Of a stretch of DNA of 64,000 nucleotides, positions 37,056 through 46,543 are shown one piece after another. The translations under genes were made by a program, and so were the position numbers. The stretch's first letter is position 1. Each line of letters opens with the position of its first letter. This DNA is from an uncultured bacterium (lineage in GTDB: Bacteria > Patescibacteriota > Minisyncoccia > UBA6257 > 2-01-FULL-56-20): NCBI GenBank assembly GCA_963707865.1, contig OY970175.1, forward strand, positions 144,748-208,747, written 5' to 3'. The notes beneath the pieces were generated by a model. It was not told where the DNA came from. It did not search any database and saw nothing but the letters and a program-made list of their open reading frames with translations.

Positions 37056-37748
37056 ATGGATAAAATTACACTTTGGTTCATTGTGGGGTTTGTGGTGCTT
37101 GCGGTCACGGTCGTGATTGTGGCGGGCGTGATGTCGGGTGGATTTTCCACGGCGGTAAACAGTACGACGACGCCCGCGGGGTTCGTGGCGACGACAGTGC
37201 CCGCGATCGCTTCCGTGGATTGGACGCGCGGCAATCCGAAGGCAAGCGTGACCGTAGTTGAATATGCCGACTATGAATGCCCGGCGTGCGCCACATGGGC
37301 GCCGATCATGAGCCAGCTTGTGCAGAATTTCAGCAGCACGGTCCTTTTCGCGTTCAGGAATTTCCCGTTGTATTCCATTCACCCCGATGCGCAAATTTCC
37401 GCGCAGGCGGCGGAAGCGGCGGGACTTCAGGGAAAGTATTGGGAGATGCACGACTTGCTATATCAAAAGCAAAACGAGTGGGTGACCGCGTCGCTGGACA
37501 CGGTCGTGAGTCAATATTTTGACGGCTATGCTGCCTCACTCGGTTTGGACGTGAACAAATTTAACCAAGACATTCGTTCAAGCACGGTGACCGCGAAGAT
37601 TGCTGTCGACGTGGCGAGTGGGAATGCCGCTTCTGTTGGTCACACGCCGACCTTTTTCCTTAACCTCGAACAGATTCCGAATCCGAACAGCTACGATGAT
37701 TTCAAAGCAGTGCTTGACCGAGCCTTGGCGTCATCCACAGCCGGCTAG
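37056..37748 (+). CDS. DsbA-family thioredoxin-fold protein
   Basis: N-terminal TM, EYADYECPAC, FRNFPL, TPTFF. Confidence 0.92.
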   Translation: MDKITLWFIVGFVVLAVTVVIVAGVMSGGFSTAVNSTTTPAGFVATTVPAIASVDWTRGNPKASVTVVEYADYECPACATWAPIMSQLVQNFSSTVLFAFRNFPLYSIHPDAQISAQAAEAAGLQGKYWEMHDLLYQKQNEWVTASLDTVVSQYFDGYAASLGLDVNKFNQDIRSSTVTAKIAVDVASGNAASVGHTPTFFLNLEQIPNPNSYDDFKAVLDRALASSTAG

Positions 37749-37813
37749 GCTGAATCGGTTATAATAATAAGGTACCTAAAGGTCGACAGTTTTGGGGGAT
37801 TTGTCATGAAATA

Positions 37814-38497
37814 ATGATAATACAGAGTTGGACGGAATTTGTGGTGGCGTCGCTCCAGAGCGTATGGCTCCAGTTCGCGAGTTTTGTGCCGAATCTGATA
37901 GGAGCAATCATCGTTCTTATCCTCGGCCTTATCGTTGCTGCAGCGCTCGCAACGCTCGTGGAGAAGATCTTTGAAGCGCTTCGCCTGGACACGTTTCTTG
38001 AAAAGCTTGGTCTGAAGCCCTATTTTGAACGTGCCGGCCTGCGCCTTCGGGGATCGTATTTCCTCGGCCGCTTGGTCTACTGGTTCATTGTGATCGCGTT
38101 TCTGCTTGCGGTGTGCGGCAGCCTGGGGCTCTATGCACTCTCAAACTTCTTGGGCGCGGTGCTCACGTATATTCCGAACGTGATCGCGGCAGTGCTCATC
38201 ATGCTCGCAGCGGTGATCGTGGGGCATTTCATGCGGCGGGTCGTGATGGCGTCGGTTTTGAGTGCGAAGCTCCACGCGGCGCATTTCTTGGGGACGCTCA
38301 CGTGGTGGGCAATCGTGGTTTTCGGATTCCTTGCTGCGCTTTCGCAGCTCGAGATTGCCGTGTCTATCATCCAGAGTATCGTGACGGGATTTATCGCGAT
38401 GCTTGCCCTGGCCGGCGGTTTGGCCTTCGGCCTCGGCGGGAGGGAATACGCGGCATACCTTTTAGGAAAGTTGCGCGATCGCACGGAAGCGCGATAG
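37814..38497 (+). CDS. Conserved TM-helix repeat protein (CmpX/MscS-associated)
   Basis: FVPNLIGAIIVL / YIPNVIAAVLIM repeats, GLAFGLGGRE. Confidence 0.85.
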   Translation: MIIQSWTEFVVASLQSVWLQFASFVPNLIGAIIVLILGLIVAAALATLVEKIFEALRLDTFLEKLGLKPYFERAGLRLRGSYFLGRLVYWFIVIAFLLAVCGSLGLYALSNFLGAVLTYIPNVIAAVLIMLAAVIVGHFMRRVVMASVLSAKLHAAHFLGTLTWWAIVVFGFLAALSQLEIAVSIIQSIVTGFIAMLALAGGLAFGLGGREYAAYLLGKLRDRTEAR

Positions 38498-38570
38498 ATC
38501 GCCTTCTTGCATTAAAGGATTCTAAAGCCCCGCTTGACGCGGGGTTTTGGATTTTGCTACACTGTTCCCT

Positions 38571-38927
38571 ATGTTGGCGATCAAGTTACAGCGTATTGGC
38601 AAGAAGCATCATCCCAGCTATCGGTTGGTTGTTGCCGAGAAGCGATCCAAAATGGCAGCGCCGCCCGTGGAAGACTTAGGTTCGTACAATCCGCTTACAA
38701 AGGTGGCGGCATTGAGCAAAGAGCGTGTTGCGCATTGGATGAAAATGGGCGCGCAGCCGACGCTTACGGTGCATAATTTGCTTGTGGTGCACGGGGTGCT
38801 TTCCCTTCCGAAGAAGATGGTGAAGATGAGAAAGAAAGCAAAAGCGGGGGAAGGGGCGGCAGTCGGTGCTGCGGCAACTTCTGCAGACAAAGAGAAAACG
38901 GCTGAAACCGCTGCGGCGGCACAATAG
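38571..38927 (+). CDS. rpsP: 30S ribosomal protein S16
   Basis: MLAIKLQRIGKKHHPSYRLVV, LGSYNP, GAQPT. Confidence 0.96.
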   Translation: MLAIKLQRIGKKHHPSYRLVVAEKRSKMAAPPVEDLGSYNPLTKVAALSKERVAHWMKMGAQPTLTVHNLLVVHGVLSLPKKMVKMRKKAKAGEGAAVGAAATSADKEKTAETAAAAQ

Positions 38928-38957
38928 CGAAAGGTCGAAAGCACAAACAGAAGTTCA

Positions 38958-39287
38958 ATGGCGAATTCATCTACTGCAGATCAGGAATTCCTTGAGTATC
39001 TGGTGAAGTCTCTCGTGGACCATCCCGAGGACGTGAAGGTTGACCGAAAGGTTGACGAGATGGGCGTTTTGCTCTCTCTTCGCGTGAACGCGATGGACAT
39101 GGGCCAAGTGGTCGGCCGGCAAGGCGCGACCGCAAAGGCCATCCGCTCGCTTTTGAGGATCGTGGGCGTCAAAAACAACGCCCGCGTGAATCTGAAGATC
39201 GAAGAGCCGGAAGGCAGCACGCGGCCCCCGAGGACCGAACGGCCGAGAAGCGAAGGAAGACCGGAAGGACAGCGCGACGGGTACTAA
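38958..39287 (+). CDS. khpA: KH-domain RNA-binding protein
   Basis: DMGQVVGRQGATAKAIR; follows rpsP. Confidence 0.9.
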   Translation: MANSSTADQEFLEYLVKSLVDHPEDVKVDRKVDEMGVLLSLRVNAMDMGQVVGRQGATAKAIRSLLRIVGVKNNARVNLKIEEPEGSTRPPRTERPRSEGRPEGQRDGY

Positions 39288-39359
39288 ACTAGTTTACTTT
39301 CGCACAAAAGCCGCCAGGAATTGCATCCCGGCGGTTTTTGGTTTATAATCCTATCCGAC

Positions 39360-39923
39360 ATGGCACTTGCCTACACGGATCTCACCAAGGGGATTCTTTT
39401 TATTATGGACGGGGCGCCGTACGAGGTGCTTGAGTCCCATTTTTTGCGCATGCAGCAGCGGAAGGCCGTGGTGCAGACGCGCATCAAGAACCTGATCACG
39501 GGCAAGCTTTTGGACCGTAACTTCCAGGCGAGTGACACCTTTGAGGAAGCGGAGATCGAAAAGAAAAATGCGATATTCATCTATGCAAGCAAAGGCGAGT
39601 ATTGGTTTCACGAAGGGGGGAATCCGAAGAACCGCTTCGCGCTTTCAAGCGAGCTTTTGGGGGACCGGGGGCGATTCTTGAAACCGAACACGAAGGTGAC
39701 GACCGTGGTGTTTGACGAAAAAGTGATTACCCTTGACCTGCCGGTAAAAATGGACTTTAAGGTAATTGAGGCGCCGCCGTCCATCAAGGGCAACACCGCG
39801 CAGGGCGGTACAAAGTCCGTGGTCATAGAAGGAGGAGCGAGTGTTAATGTGCCGCTCTTTATCAACGAAGGCGATTTGATTCGAATTAATACCGAAACAG
39901 GCGATTACGTGGAGCGGGTGTAG
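39360..39923 (+). CDS. efp: Elongation factor P
   Basis: RMQQRKAVV loop (no PGKG), KGNTA, VPLFINEGD, YVER. Confidence 0.93.
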   Translation: MALAYTDLTKGILFIMDGAPYEVLESHFLRMQQRKAVVQTRIKNLITGKLLDRNFQASDTFEEAEIEKKNAIFIYASKGEYWFHEGGNPKNRFALSSELLGDRGRFLKPNTKVTTVVFDEKVITLDLPVKMDFKVIEAPPSIKGNTAQGGTKSVVIEGGASVNVPLFINEGDLIRINTETGDYVERV

Positions 39924-40525
39924 TGAGAACTCTGAGCTGCCGCGCGCTTCTCCTTTCTCCAGAGAACGAGATACACCACAATAAGAGCAGAATAGTTCGC
40001 GATTATGAACCATGGTGCGGCCCACGAGAAGCCATAGAGAAATCTCCAGTGGGAGATAGGCCACAAGAGCGGCGCGGGAAAGAATTGCGCCGAGTGGGTG
40101 GGGATATCTATAATGATGTGCAAGAGCCAACCGCCGAGCTCCCAAATGGGCCGCCGGAAGATGAGCCACACAAGGAGAAATATCATCCCGAAAACAATCA
40201 AGCTGTGACTCACGTCGTAGAGATTATAGGCGAGTTGGAGGATGGGGATCTGCGTTGCAAGTGTTCCCGCGGGAGTGCTTTGGGGATGGGGGATTTGTCC
40301 AGGGGACATATTGCCCGAGAGCACGCCGAACGCAATCACAAAGAACGGGATCGTGAATGCAAAAAGATCGGGGAAAATCCCCCAGAAGGTCGTGTGCCAG
40401 ATGTTCAATGGCCGACGGATCAAGCGGGGGTGCTCGGCTTCCGGCTTTTTCCCGAGCTTCAAGTTTACGGCGCGCGCTGCGGCGGCCGTCCAGAGTCCGT
40501 GCGCGAGAATATCCATACGCTTCAT
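39905..40525 (-). CDS. Membrane protein, metal-dependent hydrolase-like
   Basis: HGLW, GIFPD, SHS, HIIIDIPTH, LLWP. Confidence 0.75.
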   Translation of the reverse strand: MKRMDILAHGLWTAAAARAVNLKLGKKPEAEHPRLIRRPLNIWHTTFWGIFPDLFAFTIPFFVIAFGVLSGNMSPGQIPHPQSTPAGTLATQIPILQLAYNLYDVSHSLIVFGMIFLLVWLIFRRPIWELGGWLLHIIIDIPTHSAQFFPAPLLWPISHWRFLYGFSWAAPWFIIANYSALIVVYLVLWRKEKRAAAQSSHYTRST

Positions 40526-40551
40526 TATATGCTATCCTTTCGGCTAAAATT

Positions 40552-41670
40552 ATGAAGATGGAGAAAAAGACCGTTTTTGTCGCCATGTCAGGCGGGGTGG
40601 ATAGCTCCGTTGCGACAATGCTTTTGCGGGATGAGGGCCACGATGTGGTCGGAGTTTTTATGCGTTGTTACAACCTGGACGGTTGCGCCGAGCGGGATGC
40701 AGAGGATGCGCGCCGCGTGGCGGAGCATTTAGGGATCCCGTTCTATGTCTGGGATTTTGAAGAAGAATACAAGCGGCGCGTGGTGGATTACATGATAGAG
40801 GGCTACCGCGCGGGGGTGACGCCCAATCCGGACGTGATGTGCAACCGCGAGATCAAATTCGGAATATTTTTGGAAAAGGCGCTTGCCGCGGGGGCGGATT
40901 ACGTGGCGACCGGGCATTACGTCCGGCGCAGCGAAAAGGAAACTCCTTCGGGTGGAAAGAGTTTTCCGCTTTTTATTGCGAAAGACGAGAACAAAGATCA
41001 GTCCTATTTTCTTTGGACGCTCACCAAGGAGCGGATCGCGCACTGCCTTTTTCCGATCGGCGATTATTTGAAGCCCACGGTGCGCGCGATGGCCCGTGAA
41101 GCAGGATTGCCCACGGCCGCGAAGAAAGATTCACAAGGGATCTGTTTTTTAGGGAATATTTCACTCGCGGATTTTTTGAAGCGATACATCCCCGAACGGC
41201 GCGGGGCGCTCGTTACGGTGGCGGGCGAAAAAATAGGGGAGCACGCGGGTGCAGCATTCTATACAATCGGGGAACGGCACCTGAACGCCAATTTTAAATT
41301 TCCGAAGACCGGCACTGCAAAAGAGCGCAAGCCGTTTTATGTCGTTACAAAAAATATTGCGGAGAACACAGTCACGGTCGCAGAAGGAAACGAAAATCAG
41401 GCCCTTTATAGGAAGGAGATTAAACTCGTGAATCTGAATTTTATCTGCGGAGAAGGAATAGCGGAAGTCCCGCCAGGCGCCCCGGTGCGGGTTTTTGCGC
41501 GCGTTCGCTACCGGCAGCCGCTCGCGGCAGCAAAATTGTCAAAAGCGGGAGGCGATGGTTACCTGTTGGAATTCGCAAAACCCCAAAAGTTTGTGGCGCC
41601 GGGTCAGTCCGCGGTTTGGTATTCCAAAGAGGGCGAAATGCGCGGCGGCGGAATTATTGACGTTAGCTAA
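40552..41670 (+). CDS. mnmA: tRNA 2-thiouridylase MnmA
   Basis: AMSGGVDSS, TPNPDVMCN, ATGHY, KDQSYF, DSQGICF, PGQ; start 40552 or 40558. Confidence 0.96.
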   Translation: MKMEKKTVFVAMSGGVDSSVATMLLRDEGHDVVGVFMRCYNLDGCAERDAEDARRVAEHLGIPFYVWDFEEEYKRRVVDYMIEGYRAGVTPNPDVMCNREIKFGIFLEKALAAGADYVATGHYVRRSEKETPSGGKSFPLFIAKDENKDQSYFLWTLTKERIAHCLFPIGDYLKPTVRAMAREAGLPTAAKKDSQGICFLGNISLADFLKRYIPERRGALVTVAGEKIGEHAGAAFYTIGERHLNANFKFPKTGTAKERKPFYVVTKNIAENTVTVAEGNENQALYRKEIKLVNLNFICGEGIAEVPPGAPVRVFARVRYRQPLAAAKLSKAGGDGYLLEFAKPQKFVAPGQSAVWYSKEGEMRGGGIIDVS

Positions 41671-41735
41671 TTTTTATGTTACACTGTTTTCGTTTCTAAG
41701 AGGTACAACGCACATTTACAAAGGAGGAATGGAAC

Positions 41736-42614
41736 GTGCATCGCAAAACCTTGCTTGGATTGTTGGGCATCGTGGGGATATGGCTTACGGCTGGGTTTGC
41801 CCTGCCGTTCGTCAACGTCCTCCGAATGTTCACTCCTGAACAGCTTATGGTGTTCCGGGGATTTCTCACGGCCCTCATGGCGTTCATAGGACTTCGCGGA
41901 TCCGTAGGCCGCGTTGATCGGTACACCTACTTGATCGCTCTGACGCTTCCCTTCGCCACCCTCGGATTGTTTGAGGGCATCCGGCATTGGGGCGCGGGAC
42001 CGACGATTATTATCATTACGGCCACGCCCATTGTGAATTTCTTCATCGCGTATTTTATCGGGAAGAGAATTCCCCGGGCTTCAGTCATCGGACTGGTGCT
42101 CATGCTTGGAGGGGTGGTCATGGCACGATGGAGTGGACATTTCCAGTTTGCTGGGTTCGCATGGACTGTTTTCGGCACTATCATGAACGGGATCCTCTAT
42201 GAGTTATTCGCTCGTGCCTTGCCTGCCTTGGAAGAAGATTCGCCGCGAGAGAAGTTGAGAAAAAAACTGGCGAAGTGCTTCTGGGCATGTTTCGGAATGG
42301 GCGTCCTGGGATTGATCTTGAGTCTACGCGCCTCGTGGGGCGAGATCGCCCAACCGAAGCTCATTGCTCTCGTTGTGGGATTCGCTTTCGTCGGCGGCTT
42401 TCTCTATTGGATCGCGAATTTCATCGCGTTTGAGAACCTGTCGACCACCGAGGCGAGCGTGTTGGCGCAAGGGGAGACGCCTGCCGTAATCATCGGCGCA
42501 GCCCTCATGCTTCGTGAACGCCTTGGATTAGTGCAATGGATCGGTGTGGTGATCGCTCTCTATGGGGCGTGGCAGCTCACCCGCTATATCCAGAGGAGCT
42601 CACGGTCAACGTGA
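41736..42614 (+). CDS. EamA/DMT transporter
   Basis: About 10 TM in two repeats; AAGGAGG before GTG. Confidence 0.85.
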   Translation: MHRKTLLGLLGIVGIWLTAGFALPFVNVLRMFTPEQLMVFRGFLTALMAFIGLRGSVGRVDRYTYLIALTLPFATLGLFEGIRHWGAGPTIIIITATPIVNFFIAYFIGKRIPRASVIGLVLMLGGVVMARWSGHFQFAGFAWTVFGTIMNGILYELFARALPALEEDSPREKLRKKLAKCFWACFGMGVLGLILSLRASWGEIAQPKLIALVVGFAFVGGFLYWIANFIAFENLSTTEASVLAQGETPAVIIGAALMLRERLGLVQWIGVVIALYGAWQLTRYIQRSSRST

Positions 42615-42633
42615 TCGATTACTATTGTAGTAT

Positions 42634-42662
42634 GCCCCCTCGCTTTTTGAGGGGGCTTTTTT
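42634..42662 (+). terminator. Rho-independent terminator
   Basis: GCCCCCTC-7nt-GAGGGGGC-TTTTTT. Confidence 0.85.
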
Positions 42663-42693
42663 GCCCATTGTAACGTTGCGTTCCTTTGGCCAT

Positions 42694-42721
42694 TTGACAT
42701 TATACCCCGCTCGGCTATAAT
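42694..42721 (+). promoter_or_regulatory. rRNA promoter
   Basis: TTGACA-16nt-TATAAT; leader AGAGTTTTTTAGTTGTCCCAA pairs with trailer TTGGGGCAACTAAAAAGCTCT (processing stem). Confidence 0.85.
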
Positions 42722-43108
42722 AGAACCCGTGCGGAAATGACCGCTGTTTTACAACTGAATAGCAGTAGAGAGTTTTTTAGTTGTCCCAATTTATTCTTTT
42801 TTGGCAACGTTTTTGAGTGATCAAACAATGTTGCGTGGAATTCGTTCGAACCCCTCTATAGAGGGTTTGAATGAAAATTCAAATTCTTTTTAAAGAGGAT
42901 TTGATCCTGGTCCAGGATGAACGCTGGCGGCGTGGATAAGGCATGCAAGTCGAGCGCTTTATTTTTTGAAATTGTTTGCGATTACATCAAGAGCAGTGGA
43001 TGTTAATAAGGAGCGGCGAACGAGTTAGTAACACCTTGGTACGTACCTCAAAGACGGGCACAGCTCGCCGAAAGGCGGGGTAATTCCCGATATTGTCGCA
43101 AGACGAAA

Positions 43109-43379
43109 GTCGGTCCTCTCATTCAGATACTGTTTCGCTTTGGCGTAGCGAATTCTAACCAGATTCGCGACGCGAGGAGCGAAGTGTGCTGCATGTACAC
43201 GAGCGACGAGTAACAAAGAAGCTGGTTAGAATTCGCTACGCCCGAAGGGAAGCTAGCGAATAGCCGATTTCTTTGTCGCTCCTCCTCGAAGTGCACGTGC
43301 ACATCTTCGTCGTCGCTTCGCGAACTCGGCTATTCGCTAGCTTCCAAAGCTGAAACAGTATCTGAGTGAGAGGACAGAC
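43109..43379 (+). other. About 270-nt structured insertion in 16S helix 10
   Basis: Long basal stem plus two arms closed by perfect 21-bp and 20-bp stems. Confidence 0.9.
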
Positions 43380-44201
43380 GCTTTGAGATCGGCCTAGGCC
43401 CGATCAGCTAGTTGGTAAGGTAACGGCTTACCAAGGCTATGACCGGTAGGGGAGGTGAGAGCCTGACCCCCAACGACGAGACTGAGACACGGCTCGTACT
43501 CCTACGGGAGGCAGCAGTCAAGAACATTCGACAATGGGCGCAAGCCTGATCGAGCGACACCGCGTGCAGGATGAAGGCCTTCGGGTTGTAAACTGCGGTA
43601 ATATAGTAACAATGCAAATGAGTGCTATATGGAAAGAGGTGGGTAACTACGTGCCAGCACCAGCGGTAAAACGTAGACCTCGAGCGTTATCCGGATTTAT
43701 TGGGCGTAAAGAGCATGTAGGAGGTTTTGCGCGTCTTCTGTTAAAGCCCGGGGCCTAACCCCGGAAGTGCAGGAGATACGGCAGAACTAGAGGAGGTTAG
43801 AGGTGCATGGAACGCACGGTGTAGGGGTGAAATCCGTTGATATCGTGCGGAACACCAAAGGCGAAGGCAGTGCACTGGGACCTTCCTGACTCTGAGATGC
43901 GAAAGCGTGGGGAGCAAAAAGGATTAGATACCCTTGTAGTCCACGCCCTAAACGATGCCTGCTTGGTGTTTCGAGTATCGACCCTCGGAGTGCCGTAGCT
44001 AACGCGTTAAGCAGGCCGCCTGGGAAGTACGAGCGCAAGCTTAAAACTCAAAGGAATAGACGGGGACTCGCACAAGCGGTGGAACATGAGGTTTAATTCG
44101 ACAATAAGCGAGGAACCTTACCAGGGCTTGAAATTCTTGCTGACAGGTGTCCGAAAGGATGCCCTTCTCACAAGGACAGCAAGGACAGGTGTTGCATGGT
44201 T

Positions 44202-44503
44202 GATTGAATCGACTCCTCTAGGGTCTAGAGGTAACACCCTTCAGTTCGTTCATGTTATGGACTGAAGAAAACTGGCTCATAACGGTGAAGTCCTATTTAA
44301 CAAAGAGTTAATCTTTGAAGAGTAGGATAATACCGTGGGAAGTGTGAACACTGAAATCAGCGTTCGCACCCCGTAGAGACTTTTTCCAAAAGGAAAAGAC
44401 GATAGCTTTTTAGTTGTCGTGAAACGCCAGCCCCAGCGTAATTTAAAAAATTACGGTTGGGTGAAGGTATAGTCCGTACCATTAGTAATAATGGAGTTAT
44501 ATG
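44202..44503 (+). ncRNA. Group I intron in 16S rRNA (after E. coli-equivalent U1060), no long ORF
   Basis: Exons rejoin as CATGGTT|GTCGTCAGCTCGT; 5' exon ends in U paired to G in P1; terminal G; core elements AATACCGTGGGAAG, CCGTAGAGACT, GAAGGTATAGTCC. Confidence 0.88.
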
Positions 44504-45094
44504 GTCGTCAGCTCGTAGTTTGAACCGTTCCCTTAAGTGGGGTAACGAGCGCAACCCCTATCGAGTGTTACAAGTGTCACTCGGAACTGCCCAGCCCTGA
44601 GATGGAGAAAAAATTTCTTAGGTCAATTAGAAATTATTTCGCCTTTTCCGGGCTGGGAGGAAGGAGGGGATGACGTCAAATCCGCATGGCCCTTTGATGC
44701 CCTGGGCTACACTCGTGTTACAATGGCAGCGACAATGGGTCGCCAACCCGCAAGGGGGAGCTAATCCCATCAAACGTTGCCTCAGTTCGGATTGAGGGCT
44801 GCAACCTGCCCTCATGAAGCCGGAATCGCTAGTAATCGCGAATCAGCCACGTCGCGGTGAATACGTTCTCGAGTCCTGTACTCACTGCCCGTCACTGCAA
44901 GGAAGCCGGGAATATCTGAAATCTCCTTTTGGGGATAAGGGTAAGCTCGGTGACATGGCAGAAGTCGTAACAAGGCACGCGTAGCGGAAGCTGTGCGTGG
45001 ATCAATTAAACTAAGTCGATAACGCGCGGTTGCGCGTTAAGGTTGGGGCAACTAAAAAGCTCTTTGTGAATGTGATATAATAAGTATTACGAGC

Positions 45095-45469
45095 ATGCCG
45101 CAGGGAAAGAAAGTTATGGTGATTGAGGACGACAAATTCTTGTCTTCCTTGATCAAGGCGCGCCTTGAAAAGGACGGTTATACGATCATCCAGGCGTTTG
45201 ACGGCGATGAGGCGATCCAGTCTTTACGGAAAGAAAGGCCAGATCTCATTACTCTTGACCTTGTCATGCCGCGTGTGACCGGGTTTGAGGTACTGCAGGC
45301 GATCGCCATCACGCCGGGACTTGAAAAAATCCCCATCGTGATTCTTTCCAACCTCGCACAAGATTCGGATGTGGAAAAAGCGCGGCAGCTGGGTGCACAG
45401 GAATATTTCGTGAAAGTGAAAATTTCCATTGACGATCTTATCGGAAAAATAGAATCGTTGGCGCATTAA
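45095..45469 (+). CDS. Single-domain response regulator
   Basis: IEDD, LDLVMP, ILSN, FVK. Confidence 0.92.
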   Translation: MPQGKKVMVIEDDKFLSSLIKARLEKDGYTIIQAFDGDEAIQSLRKERPDLITLDLVMPRVTGFEVLQAIAITPGLEKIPIVILSNLAQDSDVEKARQLGAQEYFVKVKISIDDLIGKIESLAH

Positions 45470-45470
45470 T

Positions 45471-45773
45471 ATGATTACAGAAGATATTATGAAAAAAATA
45501 AAGTCCGGAGCCAAGGTCCGGGTGTATGAAGGCAAAACCCCTTTTGAGGGGCTTGTGATCGCGCGCAAACACGGCGTGGAGCCGGGAGCGACCTTCACGG
45601 TCCGCACGATCGTTGCCGGAGTGGGCGTGGAGAAAGTTTATCCGCTGCATTCGCCCTCCATACAGAAAATACAGATTGTTTCCGGCCCGAAGAAAGTGCG
45701 GCGTTCCAAATTGTATTTTGTCCGTGGCATCTCCGGCGCGCGCATCCGGGCAAAGCTCGACGTGTCGGTGTGA
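45471..45773 (+). CDS. rplS: 50S ribosomal protein L19
   Basis: FEGLVIA, TFTVR, GVGVEKVYPLHSP, VRRSKLYF. Confidence 0.95.
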   Translation: MITEDIMKKIKSGAKVRVYEGKTPFEGLVIARKHGVEPGATFTVRTIVAGVGVEKVYPLHSPSIQKIQIVSGPKKVRRSKLYFVRGISGARIRAKLDVSV

Positions 45774-45884
45774 TACGCACCTAAAACTTGTTCGCTCCTG
45801 CGGGGACGAAGTCGCTCACAGGCTCCGCAGCACTTAGAGCTTCTTTTTAATATTTATTTAATGTCTGCGTGCTAGGATGAGATC

Positions 45885-46541
45885 GTGAAACCACTCAGGA
45901 AGGTCAATGTCAGATGGTCGCCCGAATTCGCATATGCGATCGGGCTTTTGGTGACCGACGGGTGTTTATATTCTGACGGAAGGCATATCAACCTCACCTC
46001 AAAAGACGAGGAGCAGGTGAAGAATTTCATGAAATGTCTTGCCTTGGATAACAAAATCGGCAAGAAAAGCAGGGGAGGAGAATTGGAAAAGAAATATTTT
46101 GTAGTGCAGTTTGGAGACGTGTTATTTTATAAATTTCTTGGCTCTATTGGTGTCACTTCTCATAAATCAAAAACTTTAGGAGCAATCAAGGTACCGGATG
46201 AATTTTTTTTTGATTTTCTCAGGGGGCATTTTGACGGCGACGGAACTTTTTATTCCTATTGGGATCCGCGTTGGCGTTCGAGTTACATGTTTTACACTGT
46301 TTTTCTTTCAGCAAGCGGTTCTCATATTGCGTGGATCAGAACTGCGATTTTCAAAAAATTACATCTCAAGGGTTATATGACGGTAACAGGTAAAACTCCC
46401 ATGTATGAGGTAAAATATGCCAAGGCTGAATCATTGAAATTATTGCCGAAATTGTATTATAATGCCGATGTGGTTTGTTTGTCCCGCAAGCGAGAAAGGA
46501 TCGAGAAAGCACTTGCGATAGCGAACAAAACCTTGACATGA
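45885..46541 (+). CDS. Free-standing double-motif LAGLIDADG endonuclease-like protein
   Basis: AYAIGLLVTDG and DFLRGHFDGDG; AT-rich. Confidence 0.88.
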   Translation: MKPLRKVNVRWSPEFAYAIGLLVTDGCLYSDGRHINLTSKDEEQVKNFMKCLALDNKIGKKSRGGELEKKYFVVQFGDVLFYKFLGSIGVTSHKSKTLGAIKVPDEFFFDFLRGHFDGDGTFYSYWDPRWRSSYMFYTVFLSASGSHIAWIRTAIFKKLHLKGYMTVTGKTPMYEVKYAKAESLKLLPKLYYNADVVCLSRKRERIEKALAIANKTLT

Positions 46542-46543
46542 AC

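Larger units (their letters stand above)
42891..45010 (+). rRNA. rrs: 16S rRNA with insertions, not linked to 23S
   Basis: TTTGATCCTGG, CCTACGGGAGGCAGCAG, ATTAGATACCC, AAACTCAAAGGAAT, AAGTCGTAACAAGG, GGATCA; ends approximate. Confidence 0.97.

Noticed and set aside
39923-40555. 210-aa plus-strand ORF
   Set aside because: Shadow of the minus-strand membrane protein, which has family motifs.
43025-44815. Short ORFs within the 16S region
   Set aside because: They lie inside rRNA or intron sequence with no endonuclease motifs.
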